Of a stretch of 58,432 nucleotides of DNA, positions 53,645 through 58,432 are shown piece by piece. This DNA comes from Acidobacteriota bacterium (GTDB lineage: Bacteria; Acidobacteriota; Blastocatellia; RBC074). A program made the position numbers and the translations under genes. The stretch lies in NCBI GenBank assembly GCA_040007715.1, contig JBDTUN010000644.1, forward strand, positions 1 through 58,432, in the 5' to 3' direction. How positions within the stretch are numbered: the first letter of the stretch is position 1; each line of letters begins with the position of its first letter. The notes under the pieces were generated by a model. It made no database searches, was not told the origin of the DNA, and saw nothing but the letters and a program-made list of their open reading frames with translations.

Positions 53645-55393
53645 ATGCCTGTCTTCACTTTTCCACTCGCATTCCTCGCTTTGCTGGCTGTGCCCGCGTT
53701 GGTGGCCATTTACTGGCTGCGCAACCGGGCGAAAGAGCGGCGTGTGTCCAGCCTGCTGTTGTGGCTGGACGAAAAGCAGCGATGGGATGGGGGGCAACGG
53801 ATTCATCGGCTGCAAATGCCGCTGCTTTTCTTTCTGGAACTGGCGGCGATCTTGTTGCTGGTAATGGCTGCGGCGAAGCCTTTGCTGCGAGCGGGCGATG
53901 CGGCGCGTCCATTGGTGATCGTGCTGGACGATTCGTTTTCGATGTTGGCAGGCGGCGGCGACAGCACGCGCAATCGCGCAGCCAAAGCCATCGAAAGCGA
54001 ATTGCGCGCGAACCGGTACGAGCCTGTGCGGTTCGTATTGGCTGGCGAAACTCCGCAACTGCTGGGCGAGGCGACAGGCAACACTGAGCAGGCAATCAAG
54101 TTATTGCCGGATTGGAATTGCGGCGCACCTGCGGCCAAGCTGGAAGAGGCCGTAGCCTTCGCATTTGAATTGGGCGGCAATCGAGCGCGCGTGCTGGTGG
54201 CGACCGATCACGCGCCTGTGCAGGAGATCAGCGACAGCCGGTTGCAATGGTGGTCGTTCGGCTCAGCGTTGCCAAATCTGGCCTTCATCAACGCGACGCG
54301 AACAGCACGCGACAGAGAAGAGCGCGTGATGCTGGAAGTCGCCAATCTTTCACCGCAAACCGCGACGGCCAATTTAACGATTGAAACCGGTGGCGCAAAC
54401 AACCCGCAAGCATTAAAGCTTGGCACGCTGGGCGCAAAAGAGACCCGGCGCATCGCGTTGACGGTCAAGAATGGCGCGGTTCCATTGCATGCAAAGTTGG
54501 GCGAAGATGCTTTGCAGATTGATAACGAAGTCGTGCTGATGCCGGAAGCAAGCCGGAGCATCCGAGTTGATCTGCGTGTGCGAGATGCACGCCTGCGCGA
54601 ACTGATCGAAAAGGCGGTTCAGTCGTCGCCGCAAGCCAAGCTCAATCCGGAAAATCCTGAACTGGTCATAACCGACGAAGCAGATTCAAACGTTGCTGAT
54701 GCTGAAAGCTGGACGCTGCGCGTGCTTAACGAAAAAGATGCGAGCAGTTACCTTGGCCCATTTGTCATTGATCGCGTGCACCCTTTGGCTGAAGGCTTGT
54801 CGCTGGGCGGCGTGGTCTGGGGCGCGGGCAAATCGCAGTTGGCCGGGATGCCTGTCATCACCGCAGGCAACCTTGCGCTGCTGACCGATCTGGATCGGGC
54901 AGGGAAGCATGAACTGCGATTGCGGTTGAGGCCCGAAGCTTCAACGCTTCAGGAAACGCCGAACTGGCCAATTCTGATTTCAAATTTGATCGTGTGGCGT
55001 GCCAGCGTTGCGCCGGGTTTGCGCGGGGCCAATGTGCGATTGGGCGGCGAAGCAAATCTGATCGTCGAACCCGGCGTGCAATCCATCAGCCTGGTTGATC
55101 CGCAACGCAATGCCCGCCAACTTGTCGTGCGCGACAAAGCCGTGACCATCACAGCCGACAGCGCAGGTGTTTACGAACTCAGCGCGAATCAAACAAAGTA
55201 CGCCTTTGCCGCCAACGCCATCTCGCGCGAAGAATCCGATTTGACCGAAGCCGCATCTGGGCGCTGGGGCAATTGGGCCAATGCGCCGTCGCTGGAATGG
55301 GAATACCGCAGCTTTGTGTGGCTGCTTCTGTTGTTTGTCCTGATCGTGCTGGCGGTTCACGGCTGGCTGGTGGCCCGGCAAACTGCTCGCTAA
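53645..55393 (+). CDS. BatA-type N-terminal double-TM / vWA domain membrane protein
   Basis: [20 protein letters not shown]...VSSLLLW...LLF.LEL....L..A.P, then [10 protein letters not shown] (MIDAS); C-terminal ESD motif and TM. Confidence 0.85.
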   Translation: MPVFTFPLAFLALLAVPALVAIYWLRNRAKERRVSSLLLWLDEKQRWDGGQRIHRLQMPLLFFLELAAILLLVMAAAKPLLRAGDAARPLVIVLDDSFSMLAGGGDSTRNRAAKAIESELRANRYEPVRFVLAGETPQLLGEATGNTEQAIKLLPDWNCGAPAAKLEEAVAFAFELGGNRARVLVATDHAPVQEISDSRLQWWSFGSALPNLAFINATRTARDREERVMLEVANLSPQTATANLTIETGGANNPQALKLGTLGAKETRRIALTVKNGAVPLHAKLGEDALQIDNEVVLMPEASRSIRVDLRVRDARLRELIEKAVQSSPQAKLNPENPELVITDEADSNVADAESWTLRVLNEKDASSYLGPFVIDRVHPLAEGLSLGGVVWGAGKSQLAGMPVITAGNLALLTDLDRAGKHELRLRLRPEASTLQETPNWPILISNLIVWRASVAPGLRGANVRLGGEANLIVEPGVQSISLVDPQRNARQLVVRDKAVTITADSAGVYELSANQTKYAFAANAISREESDLTEAASGRWGNWANAPSLEWEYRSFVWLLLLFVLIVLAVHGWLVARQTAR

Positions 55394-55509
55394 TCCGCTT
55401 CACTTTTGGGAACGGCGCTTCCCGCAACCGAACAGTTCAATTGGTCCCGCTTTTCCAGCTATTTCTCTCAACCTCATCGCATTCCGCAGTTTAGGTTTTT
55501 ACCCGCGAA

Positions 55510-55525
55510 CGGCACGGCGTTTGGA
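55510..55525 (+). promoter_or_regulatory. Sigma54-like promoter variant upstream of the ADOP permease
   Basis: CGGCACGGCGTTTGGA has a perfect -24 GGCACG; the -12 element is TTGG instead of TTGC at correct spacing. Confidence 0.35.
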
Positions 55526-55577
55526 TCGCAGTTCTATGCCATCTCCTGCGCATCTTTTCGGAAAAGAGGAAAAAGTT

Positions 55578-57968
55578 ATGGAATCTTTGTGGCAAGACCT
55601 GCGCTTCGGCGCGCGAATGTTGTTGAAGAAGCCCGGATTTACGATGATCGCCGTGCTCACATTGGGCTTAGGGATCGGCGCGAACACGGCCATCTTCAGC
55701 GTGGTCAATTCGGTGTTATTGCGGAAGCTGCCTTACCGCGAGCCGGAGCGGCTGATTACGACGCGGTCGAATCAGTCGGTGCCTGATCTGGCAGACCTTC
55801 GGTCGTGGTCGCACTCGTTTGAAGAGATGGGCGGGATTGTCCTGCAGCCGTTGGATTATTTGGGCGGAAGCGAACCGATGCAGGTTCGCGCGGGCCACGT
55901 CACGGGCGGGCTATTCAAAACCTTGGGCGTGGAACCTGCCGCCGGTCGCACTATCACGTTTGATGATGATAAACCCGGCGGGCCATTCGTCGCCGTGCTG
56001 GGACACGAGGTGAAGCAGCGTTTGTTCGGTGACGATGCAAATGTCATTGGGCGTAGCCTGAACCTGAGCGGCAACAGCTATACGGTGATCGGTGTTATGC
56101 CTGCCGGATTCAAAATACCGCGCGATGATTCCGAAGTTTGGCTTCCGGTCAATGTTTCTCAAGCGTTGGCGGCGGCATACCGTGGCGTTCACTTCCTGAA
56201 CGTTTATCTGCGACTGAAATCGGGTGTGGCTGTCAGTGCCGCAATGGACGATGTGCGGGCCAGCGACAAGCGCCTGGCTGAAATCTATCCGGCGGAAAAC
56301 AAGAATCGTCGCACCACGCTGATCCCGCTGCACGATCGTGTTGTCGGTAACAGCAGCACAATGCTGTGGCTGCTGTTCGGCGTGGTCGGGCTGGTATTGC
56401 TGATCGCGTGCGTCAATTACGCCAACCTGCTGCTGGCGCGCGGCGCAACTCGCGAACAGGAACTGGTGGTGCGCGTAGCGCTGGGCGCTGGGCGCTGGCG
56501 ACTGATCCAGCAACTGCTGACCGAAAGCGTATTGATGTCGGTGTTGGGGGGCGCTGTCGGATTGCTGCTGGCGTTGTGGGGAGTGGATACGCTGGTGCGG
56601 CTGAAACCCGCCAGCCTGCCGCGCATCGAAACGATCGGCATTGACGGGCGTGTGATGGGCTTTGCGCTTATCGTGGCAGTGCTGACCGGCGTCATCTTCG
56701 GATTGATTCCTGCGCTGACTGCCGTGCGCGTCAACGTTGCCGACGCGTTGAAAGAAGGCGGGCGCGGCGCTGTGGGTGCGGTGCGACATCGCGTGCGCAG
56801 TGTTCTTGTAGTGTTGGAAGTAGCGATGGCATTGTTGCTGTTGGTCGGCGCAGGATTGCTCATCAAAAGCTTCTGGCAGTTGCGCGGCGTCAGCCCAGGC
56901 TTTGAGCCGGACAACCTGCTGACGATGCGGTTGGAACTGCCCGAAACTCGCTACAAGGGCATCCCCGAACAGATACGGTATCGCAGGGAATTGCTTGAAC
57001 AAGTCAGCGCCATTCCGAACGCGCAGGCGGCGCTCATCAGCGAACTGCCTTTGAGCGGTGATTCGCTTAACCACGACTTCACGGTCGAAGGCTGGCAATT
57101 GTCTCCGGGCGACGAACCGAACGTCGAAACCCGCAGCATTCAAGGCGACTACTTCGGTGCGATGCAAATTCCTCTGCTGGCCGGGCGCGACCTCTCAGCC
57201 CGCGATGACGAGAAAGCCCCGCTGGTTGGCGTGGCCAATCAAACCCTGGTGCGGCAGTTCTTCCAAAATGATGATCCCATCGGCAAGCGTGTGCGCTGGG
57301 CGCGCGACGATCAAATCAATTGGATCACGATTGTCGGCGTCGTTGCCGACGTGAAGCATTTCGGGCTGGACGTGCCGGAACAAGCGGCGCTTTACACGCC
57401 CTACGCGCAATCGGGCCGCGCCTGGAAACGCTGGCAGACGTTGGTCGTTCGCAGCCGCGAAAATCCTGCGACACTGGCTGCCGCCGTCAAACAAGGCGTC
57501 TGGCGCGTGGATGCTCGGATTCCAGTGACCAAGCTGCGCACAATGAAGGAAGTGATGGGTGCTTCTTACGAAGAGCGGCGATTCAATATGTTGCTGCTTG
57601 GGCTGTTTGCTGCCGTGGCGCTGGCATTGGCGGCCATCGGCATTTACGGCGTCGTGGCGTATTCGGTCACACAGCGCACGCAGGAGATTGGCATCCGCAT
57701 GGCGCTGGGCGCACAGACCAACGACGTGTTGAAGATGGTTGTCAGGCAGGGAATGACGCTGGCATTGGCTGGCGTTGGCATCGGATTGCTGCTGGCGCTG
57801 CCATTGACGAGGCTGATGAAGTCTTTACTCTTTGGCGTCAACGCGACCGATCCGGCGACCTATACCGTGATTGCACTGTTGCTGATTGCCGTCGCGTTGC
57901 TGGCTTGCTTTCTTCCAGCGTGGCGGGCGACGAAAGTGGATCCGATGGTCGCCCTCAGGTACGAATGA
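55578..57968 (+). CDS. ABC transporter permease, ADOP / MacB-FtsX duplicated type
   Basis: [80 protein letters not shown]. Confidence 0.96.
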   Translation: MESLWQDLRFGARMLLKKPGFTMIAVLTLGLGIGANTAIFSVVNSVLLRKLPYREPERLITTRSNQSVPDLADLRSWSHSFEEMGGIVLQPLDYLGGSEPMQVRAGHVTGGLFKTLGVEPAAGRTITFDDDKPGGPFVAVLGHEVKQRLFGDDANVIGRSLNLSGNSYTVIGVMPAGFKIPRDDSEVWLPVNVSQALAAAYRGVHFLNVYLRLKSGVAVSAAMDDVRASDKRLAEIYPAENKNRRTTLIPLHDRVVGNSSTMLWLLFGVVGLVLLIACVNYANLLLARGATREQELVVRVALGAGRWRLIQQLLTESVLMSVLGGAVGLLLALWGVDTLVRLKPASLPRIETIGIDGRVMGFALIVAVLTGVIFGLIPALTAVRVNVADALKEGGRGAVGAVRHRVRSVLVVLEVAMALLLLVGAGLLIKSFWQLRGVSPGFEPDNLLTMRLELPETRYKGIPEQIRYRRELLEQVSAIPNAQAALISELPLSGDSLNHDFTVEGWQLSPGDEPNVETRSIQGDYFGAMQIPLLAGRDLSARDDEKAPLVGVANQTLVRQFFQNDDPIGKRVRWARDDQINWITIVGVVADVKHFGLDVPEQAALYTPYAQSGRAWKRWQTLVVRSRENPATLAAAVKQGVWRVDARIPVTKLRTMKEVMGASYEERRFNMLLLGLFAAVALALAAIGIYGVVAYSVTQRTQEIGIRMALGAQTNDVLKMVVRQGMTLALAGVGIGLLLALPLTRLMKSLLFGVNATDPATYTVIALLLIAVALLACFLPAWRATKVDPMVALRYE

Positions 57969-58001
57969 ACAGCGCATTCGCCACCGCCTGCTGAAAACAA
58001 A

Positions 58002-58047
58002 AAGCGCTGACTTTGGCAGAGAGCAAATTCCGCCGAAGTCAGCGCTT
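58002..58047. repeat. Intergenic inverted repeat between convergent genes
   Basis: AAGCGCTGACTTTGGC ... GCCGAAGTCAGCGCTT. Confidence 0.6.
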
Positions 58048-58110
58048 GAAGATCGAACCAGTATTCCTTTGTCGAATGCCTCCGCACGGGAGCCATTTCC
58101 CCAAAAGCCT

Positions 58111-58401
58111 TCAGCCCGCGATGTCATCTTCTACGTGACCTTCCAGATGCGTTAGCAATGAATCCAGCCATACGTGATGTCTGTTGGCAACAAAGATGGA
58201 GTCAATCTTCCCTTCGTTGATCCACTTCGCGATGGTTCGCTGAGAAACGCCGGCGATCTCTGCCGCACGTTCGCTGCCGGCAAACTTCTTCTCCCGTTCT
58301 TTGGGCGGCAATGAAACATAAATTGCCAGCAACCGCCGTCTTTCGCTGGGCACATCCTTTCCTGCTGGGGACGTATTCGGAGCCTTCTGGGGATCAGGCA
58401 T
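58111..58401 (-). CDS. Helix-turn-helix DNA-binding protein (excisionase/HTH_17-like)
   Basis: AAEIAGVSQRTIAKWINEGKIDS...RHHVWLDSL; strong SD AAGGAGG. Confidence 0.75.
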   Translation of the reverse strand: MPDPQKAPNTSPAGKDVPSERRRLLAIYVSLPPKEREKKFAGSERAAEIAGVSQRTIAKWINEGKIDSIFVANRHHVWLDSLLTHLEGHVEDDIAG

Positions 58402-58432
58402 AACAACCTCCTTTTTGATGAAGAACGGATTG

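Noticed and set aside
55911-57167. 418-aa minus-strand ORF
   Set aside because: Shadow ORF antisense to the ADOP permease.

Overview
This 58.4 kb window looks like chromosomal DNA from a moderately GC-rich bacterium, most likely Acidobacteriota (Blastocatellia-like). That assignment is an inference from an ADOP-type ABC permease, an acidobacterial VWA protein and the type of ECF sigma factor. The backbone is housekeeping and metabolic: rpsO-pnp, an SSS transporter with galK, an M20 amidohydrolase, two UbiB/ABC1 kinases, cls plus an EEP-family gene, ribF, a TetR-controlled RND efflux operon with TolC, SDRs, an esterase, a ferredoxin-NADP reductase-like protein, malQ, groEL with no adjacent groES, uxaE and a BatA/vWA protein. 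Small conflict-type modules are inserted among these genes: Phd-RelE/ParE, an Rpn-like protein with an internal RBS, XisH-XisI inside the efflux operon, and Phd-VapC divergent from an ATP-dependent RNA ligase. The most unusual signals are non-coding. (i) An AT-rich, densely base-paired RNA of about 700 nt (about 38490-39170) lies in front of a secreted FN3-FN3-CAP protein. It has tandem palindromic operator sites upstream and an embedded 33-aa hydrophobic ORF. (ii) A short orphan RNA (about 18509-18634, minus strand) is bounded by a canonical sigma54 promoter and a terminator, and two similar orphan hairpin-plus-terminator units occur elsewhere. (iii) A repeated ECF-type promoter motif flanks the ECF sigma locus. 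(iv) Two short exact duplications occur, one creating a sigma54 consensus and one resembling a two-repeat CRISPR unit. No rRNA, tRNA, cas genes or intact IS were recognised. All family calls come from motif recognition by eye, not database searches.
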